From: Puccinia triticina
Lineage: Eukaryota
NCBI GenBank assembly: GCA_026914245.1
Contig: CP110439.1
Location: 4,898,001-4,962,000, forward strand
Length of the DNA: 64,000 nucleotides
Direction of reading: 5' to 3'
Shown here: positions 1 to 12,503 of the stretch, one piece after another
Numbering within the stretch: the stretch's first letter is position 1
How the letters are laid out: each line of letters starts with the position of its first letter
Made by a program: the position numbers and the translations under genes
Notes under the pieces: generated by a model
Database searches by the model: none
The model's input: only the letters and a program-made list of their open reading frames with translations
What the model was told of the DNA's origin: nothing

Positions 1-934
1 CAAAGAATCCGGTATCTTCAGGATCGTCTACCAAGACTTCAGCAACCGCATCGGCTACATCATTCTCATCGGATTCCTCTAGTGAGTTCACACGTTGAGT
101 ACGAAGTTTCGTCAAAGATTCTATCAATTGGTCGAGTTCCTGATCGCTCATCTTTAATTTGGACGATGAAGATGAAGTGGAAGGTGAAATACGATTCTTT
201 GTTGGAATGACGTTCCTGAACTTCTTTTCGACGGCCTTGAATTTCTCCTTGTTCGGTCGCACAAAAGGTTTGGCAGACAAAGCATTGATTGAACCAGTCC
301 TATCCGTTCGACTATCCTCGATGTTCATTCAAGTTGCTATTTTTTCAAACGTAAAGGGATCGACATTGAAAAGGTTTTGAATCAAGGGAGCCAATGAATC
401 ATCATGACGGAAACTCTTGAGGAAAAACATTCCGGCCATAGCAGTATTGACTTGCATCTTCTTCGTTACCAATTGAGCGGACTTCAAAGAAGTGTACATA
501 GATTGAAATTTACTAATGTGAGCAGCTATAGATGTACCGGGAATGTACTCGAGTTGAATGAGAGAATCAAGTTTGTCGCCAAGCTTGATTAATGAATTTT
601 CACCGCAAGCGTCAGCCAAGTTGATCATTGCTTCTGCAAAAGAATTGGCAGCTTGTGCAATTGGACGTAAATCGGCAGAGATGCATGATTCGAGAAGAGT
701 ATAAGCGTTTGCGGTTTTCTTGCGAAATTTCTTCTCCTTCTTATTGGCTTCGCACCAAACTGGATCGAAAACCTCTTCATCACCACGCCCAACAACCAAG
801 TTTTTGAAAGATTTCTTCCATTCTGGCCAGTTATCCCGACGAAGCTTGGTGATTTTAATCTTATCACTTCTATGATTGTTATCGCTGGATGAGGAATCAT
901 TGGCTCGAGGATCGTTAACCGGAAGGTCTGCCAT
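1..934 (-). pseudogene. gag: Ty1/copia gag (5' part of a polyprotein running off the window start), with a premature stop
   Basis: ORF 329..934 resembles copia gag (KLRRDNWPEWKKSF...SIAAHISKF...LIQNL). The frame stays open past the TGA at 329-331 down to position 1. A PBS-like motif lies upstream. Confidence 0.7.
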
Positions 935-994
935 CTCGTTCGTATTTATCTAGATGTGTCTTCTTATTTTGAGTTCTTTAACTGTTAAGTAAAT

Positions 995-1007
995 GCTCTC
1001 GCTACCA
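995..1007 (-). promoter_or_regulatory. Primer-binding site TGGTAGCGAGAGC immediately after a 5' LTR ending ...TTTTACA
   Basis: The minus strand reads TTTTTACA|TGGTAGCGAGAGC, similar to the tRNA-Met PBS TGGTATCAGAGC typical of copia elements. Confidence 0.7.
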
Positions 1008-2609
1008 TGTAAAAATGGTAAATAGATTACTTTTTGAAACAGTTATAATTTAAGAACTCAATAAAAGTAATACACTTTTTGAATAAAGAAAAACAATTGT
1101 TAGAATCAGTTTTGTAGAAGGATAGATAACAATAATGAAAAAATACCTCAAAGATATGAATCACACAAAAAGAAAAATCTTGATACAATAGCAACGACGA
1201 CAATGTAAGACACAAGGATTATCACGACGAAACAGCCTGCCCAGAAGCTGGATCTAGCTCCTCCTAGATGTCAGAGATCAACGATGGTTGAGATTGTACG
1301 TTTGATTTGGTTGATTAGGTTACGAAGAAGAATAACCTTTGAGTTTGATGATCGATTATCGATTGATGATTGTAGAGATTCGATTTTGAGAAGAAAGAAA
1401 GAAAAAGGGGAGAGAAGTTTATCGGCGAGAAGTGATGGTTGATCGGAAGAAAACCCAGTCTGAAGTCCGAGTCAATCGACAAAGCCTGAGCATCGCATGC
1501 ACCCCGGATTTATGCATCACCACATGCATAACCTAAACCATCCATGTGCGAGTTTAAAACCGGACAAATAGTCTAGCTTAACACAAGCCCCTCGTTTCAG
1601 AGGGAGGCGGGTGAAACACCGCCGGGCGCCTCTCGCGGAGCGAGCCTCTGAAAGAGGGGCTTGTGGGGTATCCCTGACTTTTGGCGTGAGCGGTTTTCAA
1701 ATTTAGGTGGGAGGAATTTGCCTCCGCTTGTTCCCTATCTTGCAGAGGGAATTTCCCGAGGCCTGTTACACCAATTGAAAGGCCTACATCCGGCCCTTCC
1801 CATGCCCAAGCATGGATAAAATCCAGCAAACCATCCGGTGGCCATGGCCCTTTGAAGTTTTACATTTTTGAGACGAGTGACCGGCAGATTGTTCAGGGCT
1901 TGCACTGTATGAAGCCCGCCAGTCGGATGCATTCCATCCTTGCATGAATTGCGGCCGTCAATGATCTGAAAAAAAAAACTGATGGGCTGTATCTTCTAGA
2001 GTACAGCTCCATGTGGATTCCCATTCCTTCCTGCTCCGAGCTGAGCTCCAGCTTTCAAGAGCTTTCAAGTCTCAGGAAAGTGATATTTTTCTAAAGAATG
2101 TTTAATAAAAAAAATACCAGCAGGAAGGCAAGATGCCCGCCTGCTGGGAAATGTGCATCTCATCCGAGGGGGAGCTCAGATGAAGACGCCATCCACGGTT
2201 GAAGTGAATATTACCCAAAATACAGCGAAAATGGGAAATCTCTCACCCCAGGACGGGCACTTAAGTTGCAAGCCCCTCTTCCAGAGGCTCGCTTCGCGAG
2301 GCGCCCCCGGCGCGCCGGTCCTTCGGCCCCTGGAACGAGGGGATTGTGTTAGGCTAGACAAATAGTCAGGTTCGAGGCTTCGAAGGAAACCATTTCGCGG
2401 TTGGGCCAGAGATACCTCCGAGTTCTAGGTTGAAAGAGATACAGTTGAATCGAAAACGGCTGTCGGGCCAGAATCAGCAACACGCCGGGCAAACATTGCC
2501 GCACCCCTCGACTATCGAAGGCGATACGGGATCAAATGGCAAACAAAATAGTGTGCTGATCTTTTTATCATTGATTACAAATGCTGCCGTAATGGTTAAA
2601 CTGACAACA
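1008..2609 (-). repeat. Probable 5' LTR of the partial copia element, interrupted by a MITE; outer boundary uncertain
   Basis: The inner boundary at 1008 is fixed by the PBS. The outer TG is not fixed; candidates are the AACA motifs near 2481 or 2609. The partner LTR is outside the window. Confidence 0.4.
1574..2356. mobile_element. Non-autonomous DNA transposon (MITE, possibly Mutator-like) with long imperfect TIRs
   Basis: Ends TAGCTTAACACAAGCCCCTCGTTTCAG and CTGGAACGAGGGGATTGTGTTAGGCTA are inverted, with complementarity extending about 100 bp. GACAAATAGTC is duplicated at 1563-1573 and 2357-2367. Confidence 0.85.
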
Positions 2610-3910
2610 TGACCTCAGATATTTCTGATGGAGAAAAGCTGGGGCCAAATGCAGCAAAACGTCAAAAAGTGCAAGAGAGCGCCACGGATAAATACGCTCA
2701 CCCAGGAGGCTCACCGCCAACGGAAGTTGAGCCGTGGCTTTGGACCCCGCGGAAATGTAAGCATCTCGCGTCCTTCATCGTGCCCATGGAGGTTACCCTC
2801 GAAAAGTCTGCTTTATTGATCCAAGCCTCTTGGGCGCGGGTTCTAGATTTGAGACAAGTCGATAGCCAGGCGGGAGCCAATCATCAGCCTTCAATAGACC
2901 CGTCAACTCCCGGCCAGTCATTGCACTCTTTCTCATCTGCTTGGACCGACACCCCATGCTTCGCAGGCGCCAATGGAGCGCATCGCCCGACTTTGCCATC
3001 AGGATCAGACACCTCATACTTCGCAGGCGCCGATGAATTTCCAGAGGAGCATCACCTGACTTTGCCGTCAAGATCAGAATCTCGGCTTCCTTCTCCGACA
3101 AATTTTCAGTTTGGCTCAAGCAACGGGAATTCGGATGCATCGTTAGCCTTGCGGCCACCTGATTTTGACTATCATGTCCCGCAAGACTTTCAAGCTATGG
3201 AACAATGGCTGGCAACACCCACGAACGTCCAGCAATCTCTTGTCGAGTACTGGCACGACAGTGGTGAGTTCAAACTTCCAGGTGCATATGTAAATATATA
3301 TACATCTTGAATTTGACTTTGTGGCTTCAATTTGGCTTGGACGACTTCATCAGCTTCCCCCCTCAGTCACGACACCACACATCTGGGTGATGCCGACCAC
3401 TTCTTATCACAGCTTCCGGTAGATAATGTCAATCTTAACGAACAAAACAATTCACCGGAACCTGCTTCCAAGGTTGACGAGGACTTGATGTCACAGCCGC
3501 TAGAGGCTTACCGCCAACATCCTGAGGGAAACACACCAAACTATCCTCATGGCGTCGCGTCCAACTCCCTGCGACCGGTCTTTGAAAATGTGGAGAACAA
3601 TATGCAGTCGCACTGTAAGTCATTATAATCAGGTATACTTGCTATTCTGTTTTATCGCGGTTCAGACCTTTCCACATCATGCCTGTTCAGCTCCGATTCA
3701 TGATTTTCCTTGGCCACATTTCCTCCCGAGCCACGCCAACGGGAACCATATTGATGAGTACCACTTGATGCAACCTCCCATGGGTCGAGTCAATCCCAAC
3801 TCCCCTCAACAAGAATTGCAAAATGGGGAGATCTGCATGCCGGCTCATTGTAAGTCAAATCCGACTGTACACTTCATGGCTCTACCTACTACTCCAATTC
3901 ATCTCCATCT

Positions 3911-4692
3911 TGTGAAGATTCGGGCTCCGATCCCGCGCCAAAAAGGCAAAGAGGCTCTAGGTTCAAACCTAACCCATCCAGGGAGAAAGGTCAGTCGACC
4001 GCTCCTCCAGACTATGCATATGCATATGTCCCAGGCGGAAGAATAAGCCTTGAGCTGACTTCTCCGCCCCAAACAGCCTCGTCAATAATCGACGCAGAGC
4101 CCCCTCAGATCAAGCTCAACGCACAACCTTCAAGGTGAGTGTTGGCTGATCCCCGATGCAGCGACGGTCCCACGGCTGATAGTCTGATTAATCCTACAGC
4201 ACGGAAGGACACGAAGCGCATCAAGGCCGACTCGGCTCCAGCCTCAGAGGACGCATAACCCCAGCATCGACTGGAGGTAAGTGACTCCTCTGCAGAGCCT
4301 TATGATCAGATAGAGGAAGCTGACTCTGCAGCACGCTGTGAAACAGAACGTAGCGCGAGCAGCTCCCTATCCCAGTGCATCGTCTAACCGGAAGGCGCTA
4401 CTTTGCAGGCAGCCCAACGTGAGAACGATAGCGCCGTTAGATGAATAACTCTCAGCTGAAAGACAAGTGCTGACATTCATCGTTGTCATCACTTAGTGCT
4501 TTCAGGTCTTCATCTCCATCAAAACCTCAGCTGCAATCCAGCTGTCAAATCTCTTCTTTATACTTTTCATTCTATCTTCATCTCTCGAGTTGTATTGCGA
4601 CTCGCTCCTAGGTACATCATCCTTTCAATAAGTGTACCTAGTTTATAGCCTCAGCTAATCAGAAATACATCCTAGTTGTCTGAGTTATAACA
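3911..4692 (+). repeat. Copia 5' LTR
   Basis: Direct repeat of 8950-9731; one substitution seen (TTATAA vs TTCTAA near the 3' end). Confidence 0.97.
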
Positions 4693-4753
4693 GATTTACA
4701 GTCTCGGTTGCTTGACTTCAACGACCCCAACCGATAACTAGGAGCGACTCGCA

Positions 4754-7700
4754 ATGGTCGGCCGATCCTCTTGTCAGACAGTAGAGACAAGCACCACTTC
4801 TACTACGTCCACCACCGATGACAAGGACTACATCAAGTGCCCGATACTTGTTGGCGAAAACTTTCCGATATGGCAAAGGAAGATTCGGACGTACCTCAAG
4901 GTGAAAAAGCTTCTTAAGTGCATCGAAGAGCCCATGTCCGAGGAACCTACCGAGGAGGAGGAGGATAGATACGCCCGTGCTGCTCACTTCATTGGAGGCC
5001 ACGTCACCGATCCGATCTACAACCACATATTCACAGAGGAGATCGAAATGGATGCTTTTCGTATCTGGGCCGAGCTTACCGATGAGTACGCGTCATCCTC
5101 AATCCTGGCCATATATCGAGTCTGGTGTAAATGGGAGGATGTCCAATTCAAAGACGACATTCTCAAGTACATTGTCGAACTTGAATCAGTCTTGGCCGAG
5201 TTTGCGGCTATGGGTTTTGATATTCCGTCGCAAATCGTCAGCTGCGCCATCATCGCTCGAATCCACAAGAAGAGACCAGCCCTGATGGAAACACTAGTCA
5301 GCAATACGGAACTTCTTTCGCAGCCAAGAAAAATCATCGCAAAACTCAAGGACATTGCTCACCATGATGCCGTTACCGCTTCGAAAGCAGCTCAACTGTA
5401 TACTCAGGAAAGCTCCACGGCACTTGCTACATCAGCCAACGGGAAGCCAGGTGGTCAAGGAGGTTCAGGATTTCGAAAGAGAAAGCAACCCCCGTGTCGA
5501 GGTGGTCACAATCCAGCGGCTACCAACCATACGGCCAAAACTTGTTGGACTCTCCATCCTGATCAGTATGCTCAGTACAAGAAGGCTCGCACTGCTGCCA
5601 CCGGTTTAATAACAACTACCGGGGAATCTGCGCAACCTCAGGAACCTATAGTTCGACCATCCTTTGGCTATCTCACGGGTCCAAGGTCTGGTGATGAGGC
5701 CCCCCATATGGTTCTCGACTCAGGCGCAAGCCATCATATGTTGAACTCACTCGAGCTATTTGGCGCCACTACTCCAGTCGCTATTAGCATCGCCACCGGT
5801 AATAAGAGCGACCAGCAGGAGCTCCTAGCCACTGCAAGAGGAGACGCCACTCTGCACTTCACGAATGGTGCGAAAATTATTCTTAAGGACGCCCTCTATG
5901 TTCCGAACATCACTTGGAACCTAGTATCTTTCGTGCAGCTCCTCGGTACGTCAGCAACCATCAGTCCCGGTCCGCTAGGTTTTGAGGTCAAGATCGACAA
6001 CCATAGTGCAATCACCGTTGACACGTCGAACAACATCTTCGAGATCATTGGTATTTGAGACACAGCTGAGTTTCCGCAGGCCAACTTCACCGAGGTAAAG
6101 CGCACATCTACACCCAATGAAATGGTTAAATGGCACAATCGTCTCGGCCATGCTAGTCGCCAAAGAATTCAGGCTATGATTGATCGCCCTATTCCGACTT
6201 CTGCTACGACCGCTTGCGACGCATGCATGCAAGGAAAGATCACCAAGCTGCCGTTTGCTAGCCATTTCAAATCGGTCAACAAGCCTCTTGAGGTCGTTCA
6301 TGTAGATCTCGTTGGACCTATCTCCCCGGCCACGAACGCTGGCGCACGGTATTTCTTGACAATCGTGGATCAATTCACCGGTTACATTCATACCAAGATC
6401 CTCAAGCTGAAAAGTGATGCCAAAGAAGCCATCCTTGAATATCGAACTTTCTTCGAGAAGCAAACTGGATGTTCACTCAAGAAAATGGTCAGTGACGGTG
6501 GAGGAGAATTCGTGAACAAATCACTCAGCGATATTCTCAAGGACGCGGGTATTCAACATGTCGTGTCACCTCCATATACGCCCGAACACAACGGGTTTGC
6601 GGAGCGGGCAAACCGTACAATCATCGAAATGACTTGCACGCAAATGATGCAGGCAAATTTGGCTCCAGAGTGGTGGGCTGAGGCCGTTCGCACGGCTACG
6701 GCAATCACTAACTGTCTTCCATCGCTTGCAAAATCAAGATCCTCCCCACTTGAGTTGATGTTCAAGCTGAAGCCGAACATGAACTTCTTTCGGCCGTTTG
6801 GATGTCGGGCCTGGATTGTCAAGCCGAAGCACTCGCAAGAATCAAAATTTGGAGCTATATCTTGGAAAGGCATCATGTTGGGTTACGACAACGACTTCTC
6901 AGCGTACAGAATATACCGCCCAGAAGACAAGTCCTTTGTAACTACCAAGCACGCCCAATTCAATGAATCGGATTTTCCTCAATGTGGCGCAGCGAGTCGA
7001 AGTCTCAACTATTATGGACTCAACAAACTCCCCGCCTTCCACCACTCCGAACCCCTTCCTTACTCGGAAGAAGAGGATAATGAGGAACGTTTAAGGGATA
7101 GGCTTCAGGAAGAAAAAGAGCAGGCGGAAATCCGGCAAATCATGTCTGACCGTTCACCGTCGCCTGCAGACCGATCACAGTTCACCGAAGAACCTGAAAA
7201 CCGCCCTATTGTTGACTCCAGGACGGTTCCGGACAACCGCCGGCACCACGTCGACCGATAGTCATAGGCCCGAGGCCCCCGACGTTGATCAATGCTGACA
7301 TTGATCCAAGTAACATTCGAACAGACAAGAGGAGACATGCTTATCTGACCAAAAGTCTTGAACCCTCAAATCACCGTGAAGCTATGTCGGCGCCCGACCA
7401 GCAGCAGTGGAAAGAAGCTGAGTTGAAGGAGGTAATCAACATGAAAAACCATCAAGCCTGGATCGAGCGACAAAGGCGGGACACGGACTTACCAATCCCA
7501 GCCACTTGGGCCTTCCGCAAGAAGCTTGGACCAGAAAACCAAGTCATAGAATATAAGGCGAGGATTTGTGCTCAGGGCTTTCGCCAAACGCACGGCTATA
7601 ACTACGGCGAAACATATGCTCCAACGGGCCGCCCTGTTTCCTTTAGACTTCTCCTCTCTTTCGCAGTCGACAATGACTATGAAATTCATCAGCTCGATGT

Positions 7701-8937
7701 TCGGAGTGCGTTTCTCACCTGTCCGCTGGAGGATGAGGTGACGCTCTTGCCGCCGCCCGGTTTAGACTGTCCACCGGGAACGGTCCTTGAGCTCAAGAAG
7801 GCTGTCCATGGCCTTCGCCAAGCCCTGCTGGTCTGGTACAAGCGGCTTTCAACCTTCCTGAAGAAAATCGGCTTCACAGTCTCTCTTGCCGATCCGTGTG
7901 TTTATTTTCGTGTCAACTGCAGCGGCAAGGAAGATACGTTCTTGTACGCGCACGTAGACGACTTGATTATGATAAGCAAGAAACCGGAAATCTTCAAGGC
8001 CGAGATGGAAGATGAGTTCAAGATCAAGTATCCCGGGGAAGCCACTTTTCTACTTGGGATGAACATTGACAAGACTAGTGAAGGAGTTCACGTTCATCAA
8101 GCCCAGTACATTGAGCGCAAGCTGGCGGAATTTGGGTTCGACACTCTAACTCCCGCATCTTGTCCCTTGAACCCCAAGGCATATCTCAAGAAGGCATCGG
8201 AGGACGAGCGCAATGAGTTTAAAAACCTTGGCGTCAATTACAGGGCCCTTGTCGGCTCGTTGAACTATCTTAGCGTATTCACTTGTCCCGATATCTCCTA
8301 TGCGGTCAGCGCGCTTTCTCAGTATCTCGAACACCCGGGGATCCACCACTACTATGCAGCAAAGCAAGTGTTTAGGTATCTTCTCGGTACTAAGACGCTC
8401 GGGCTGACCTTCAAGAAGAATTCGGACTCGCGACTGAGAGCTTTTGTGGATTCGGATTGGGGAAATTGTCCCGACACGAGAAGGTCCACCACCGGCTATG
8501 TTGTTCTAGCAGGCAACCATCTCTTATCCTGGAAGTCCTCAAAGCAGCCAACAGTATCACTCTCAACGGCTGAAGCAGAATACAAGGCCCTCTCTGATCT
8601 TGGTCGAGAGCTCGCCTGGTACAAGAGCTTAATATCGGAAATCGCTACTCATCCAATTCCCAGCAACATCAAAGTTCTAGTTGATAATCGAGGCGCCATT
8701 GACTTAGCCAACAGCGAGACGTCCCAAAACAGTTTCAGGACAAAACATATGGACATTCGCCTTCATTTCGTCAGGGAACTAGTAGTCGATAAATTGATTC
8801 ACCTTTGCTACGTTCAGTCAAAGGACAATGCTGCGGACATCCTCACCAAACCGACGGGAAGATCAACAATCAGAAGATTGCTCCCTACCATCGGCATCAT
8901 GGATCCCTCAACAGTTGCTTCAAACCTACAGGCTTGA
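4754..8937 (+). pseudogene. gag-pol: Copia gag-pol polyprotein with an in-frame TGA at 6056-6058 and a frameshift within about 7216-7258
   Basis: Protease VLDSGASHHM; pre-integrase WHNRLGH; integrase HVDLVGP/SDGGGEF/NGFAERANRT; RT QLDVRSAFL/YAHVDD; RNase H FVDSDW/EAEY/VDN/ADILTK. Confidence 0.95.
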
Positions 8938-8949
8938 AGCAAGGTGGGC

Positions 8950-9731
8950 TGTGAAGATTCGGGCTCCGATCCCGCGCCAAAAAGGCAAAGAGGCTCTAGG
9001 TTCAAACCTAACCCATCCAGGGAGAAAGGTCAGTCGACCGCTCCTCCAGACTATGCATATGCATATGTCCCAGGCGGAAGAATAAGCCTTGAGCTGACTT
9101 CTCCGCCCCAAACAGCCTCGTCAATAATCGACGCAGAGCCCCCTCAGATCAAGCTCAACGCACAACCTTCAAGGTGAGTGTTGGCTGATCCCCGATGCAG
9201 CGACGGTCCCACGGCTGATAGTCTGATTAATCCTACAGCACGGAAGGACACGAAGCGCATCAAGGCCGACTCGGCTCCAGCCTCAGAGGACGCATAACCC
9301 CAGCATCGACTGGAGGTAAGTGACTCCTCTGCAGAGCCTTATGATCAGATAGAGGAAGCTGACTCTGCAGCACGCTGTGAAACAGAACGTAGCGCGAGCA
9401 GCTCCCTATCCCAGTGCATCGTCTAACCGGAAGGCGCTACTTTGCAGGCAGCCCAACGTGAGAACGATAGCGCCGTTAGATGAATAACTCTCAGCTGAAA
9501 GACAAGTGCTGACATTCATCGTTGTCATCACTTAGTGCTTTCAGGTCTTCATCTCCATCAAAACCTCAGCTGCAATCCAGCTGTCAAATCTCTTCTTTAT
9601 ACTTTTCATTCTATCTTCATCTCTCGAGTTGTATTGCGACTCGCTCCTAGGTACATCATCCTTTCAATAAGTGTACCTAGTTTATAGCCTCAGCTAATCA
9701 GAAATACATCCTAGTTGTCTGAGTTCTAACA
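8950..9731 (+). repeat. Copia 3' LTR
   Basis: Direct repeat of 3911-4692. Confidence 0.97.
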
Positions 9732-10319
9732 GATCTGCTGCAAAGCTCCGATGACTGGTTAAGGTTCAGAAGGAGCAACACCAATCGACGGCGATGGAGA
9801 AGATGTTGAGCGCGTATTGAATGAGGACGACTTCATTTCGCAATTTTTTGCTGAAGTCCTGCCCGAGGAAAACACAATGAATGTTCACCATCCTGTCATA
9901 TCCAACTCCCAGAGACATGTTCTTCAACCTGCTGAGCACCTCGACGAAGATAATCGTGAGTGAGAAAAAAAGTAGCACTACGTTTACTAGTTGAGATTTA
10001 CGCCTGCCTTCTTTCTTGTGCGACTTGAATTCAGCCCAAGTGATCCATTCACCCTCAGAATCTTCCAGTCCCAGCCACAGCGATGAGGTTACGCCAAAAA
10101 TACTCCTTTTTGGAAGAATTTTGGCGTGCACAAACCCTCCACGCCATTTTTTTTGGCGTACAGGCGTTGCACGCCACTTTTTTGGCGTGCATATAGTCAA
10201 AAGTTGGCGTGCACCATTTTACATGCAGTTTTTTTGGGGGCACAGTTGGCCACTGCGCCCCAATGGCATGATGAATAGTGCCTCCGCCACTATGAATAGT
10301 GCCAGGATGAATAGTTTTC

Positions 10320-11108
10320 ATAGTGGCCGAGCTTGGCAGAGTCACTATTTATAGTGGTGGGGCTTGGCGGAGGCACTATTCATAGTGGTGGAGCTTGGCG
10401 GAGGCACTATTCATAGTGGTGGAGCTTGGCGGAGGCACTATTCATAGTGGTGGAGCTTGGCGGAGGCACTATTCATAGTGGTGGAGCTTGGCGGAGGCAC
10501 TATTCATAGTGGTGGAGCTTGGCGGAGGCACTATTCATAGTGGTGGAGCTTGGCGGAGGCACTATTCATAGTGGTGGAGCTTGGCGGAGGCACTATTCAT
10601 AGTGGTGGAGCTTGGCGGAGGCACTATTCATAGTGGTGGAGCTTGGCGGAGGCACTATTCATAGTGGTGGAGCTTGGCGGAGGCACTATTCATAGTGGTG
10701 GAGCTTGGCGGAGGCACTATTCATAGTGGTGGAGCTTGGCGGAGGCACTATTCATAGTGGTGGAGCTTGGCGGAGGCACTATTCATAGTGGTGGAGCTTG
10801 GCGGAGGCACTATTCATAGTGGTGGAGCTTGGCGGAGGCACTATTCATAGTGGAGGAGCTTGGCAGAGGCACTATTCATAGTGGCAGAGCTTGGCAAAGG
10901 CAATATTCATAGTGGCGGAGCTTGGTGGAGGCACTATTCATAGTGGCGGAGCTTGGCGGAAGCACTATTCATTGGAGGAGCTTGGCAGAGGCACTATTCA
11001 TATTGTGGAGCTTGGCGGAGGCACTTTTCATAGTGCAGAGCTTGGCGCGGGCACTATTCATAGCGCGGAGCTTGGCAGAGGCACTATGAATAGCGCGGAG
11101 CTTGGCGG
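10320..11108 (+). repeat. 31-bp minisatellite CATAGTGGTGGAGCTTGGCGGAGGCACTATT, about 25 copies, resuming at 22720-22770
   Basis: Directly visible tandem array with perfect central copies and degenerate edges. Confidence 0.97.
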
Positions 11109-11909
11109 TGTGGTATACAAAATGGGAAAAATCAAAAGTTTTCTCTCACTAGTATATTTAACCCATAGAAGGCCTCAAGATACAACCAAACAGGCCCCTT
11201 AATCAGATTCTACAGCCAAATTAACCCCTAGTCACCGCTGAAAGCGTAACTGGAGCTCCACTGCACTGGAAGTTAGACCCTCCGGAACACCTGTAGCACC
11301 CTGTCATTCCCCAATATACACATACATTTCCCTACTCCATGGTATCTCCACTGCATATATTAGTTTGCCTTTGTTTGCTATCTGCATTACATCATTCAGC
11401 ACTGCCCCTGTAGTCTGTGCCATTGTTCTCCGCAGTCTAGAACTTTCACCTCTACTTTTGTTTGGTTTTGTTGCATCACATGCCATTGTTCCCTGCATCA
11501 TGCATGCACTCCTTGCATAAATTGTACACAGCCCAAGCCAGCAAAAATCCCTCACTGGGGCTGCCCTGGAGCTAAAATCCCTCACATTTGTCTATATAAG
11601 GAGCTCTCTCCCCCCCCCCAATTTGGTTCCTCAGTTTATTACTGATCAGTGATTCACTCACCACCTTGTACTCTCAACACTTACAACTTACAACTATACT
11701 CATAACAACCCTTATATATCAATAACAACTCTTTATACGGTGTCTTGAACAAACTCATCTTGAGCATCCACTCCTATCACCTAATTAAAACTTGCCAAGC
11801 TGAGCTTGGTGAGTCTTGTAGCTGGTAGTATAGAAGGGCAGAGCTTGCAACTCCTTCATCCCCTTCTCCATTCAACAAAAGGGTTTCAAAACCACTTTTG
11901 AGTCTTACA
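11109..11909 (+). repeat. Gypsy 5' LTR
   Basis: Direct repeat of 21918-22719; TATATAA near 11593. Confidence 0.97.
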
Positions 11910-12503
11910 AGGGAGTCCCCAACGTGATAGGATAATTTTTTTTCGATCAACACCGTATTACCGATTTCAACGACTTGAACTAACGTCAAAGGAAAACGAC
12001 TTCTAGCAGCAAAAGGATTGAATTCATCAACAAAATCTACAAACTCAACGGCATATTCAGTTATTCTGTTGGACAACCAGTCAAATAATAGACACCATCT
12101 TACGAAACGAATTACGTACCTCTGAAAAGAAATGTTACAACCACTCTGAGACAAGGATCTTGAAGAAGCAGCATAACTTATTAAACCAGGAGACGGGCAG
12201 AACAACCTTAGGAATCTGGATAAGTTAGGGGTCTGTTGAAGAGAACTCTGGAACTACTCGAGGTGCAGCTTGATTTATTTTTGAGAAGACGGGAAAGAGA
12301 CCCTACCTTCTGGATAAATTGGTGAACCGTTGAAAAGTACTTCCCATAGTGTTAAGTAAATTTTGATATTTAAAGAAAGAAATCCCCCAATTTGCCCTGG
12401 TAAAGAGACCAGAGACCAGATATTATTGTTTCTTTTTCAGAGCACAGTAAAAACAGTTATCAACAGATCGTGATATTACAAAACTAGGAATCAACAAGAC
12501 AAC

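Larger units (their letters stand above)
3911..9731 (+). mobile_element. Full-length Ty1/copia LTR retrotransposon
   Basis: 782-bp TG..CA LTRs at 3911-4692 and 8950-9731. Domain order is gag, PR, IN, RT, RNase H. A purine-rich tract precedes 8950. Flanks are CATCT and GATCT. Confidence 0.97.

Noticed and set aside
10320..11108. 31-bp array as a CRISPR locus
   Set aside because: Units are contiguous with no unique spacers, there are no cas genes, and the context is eukaryotic.
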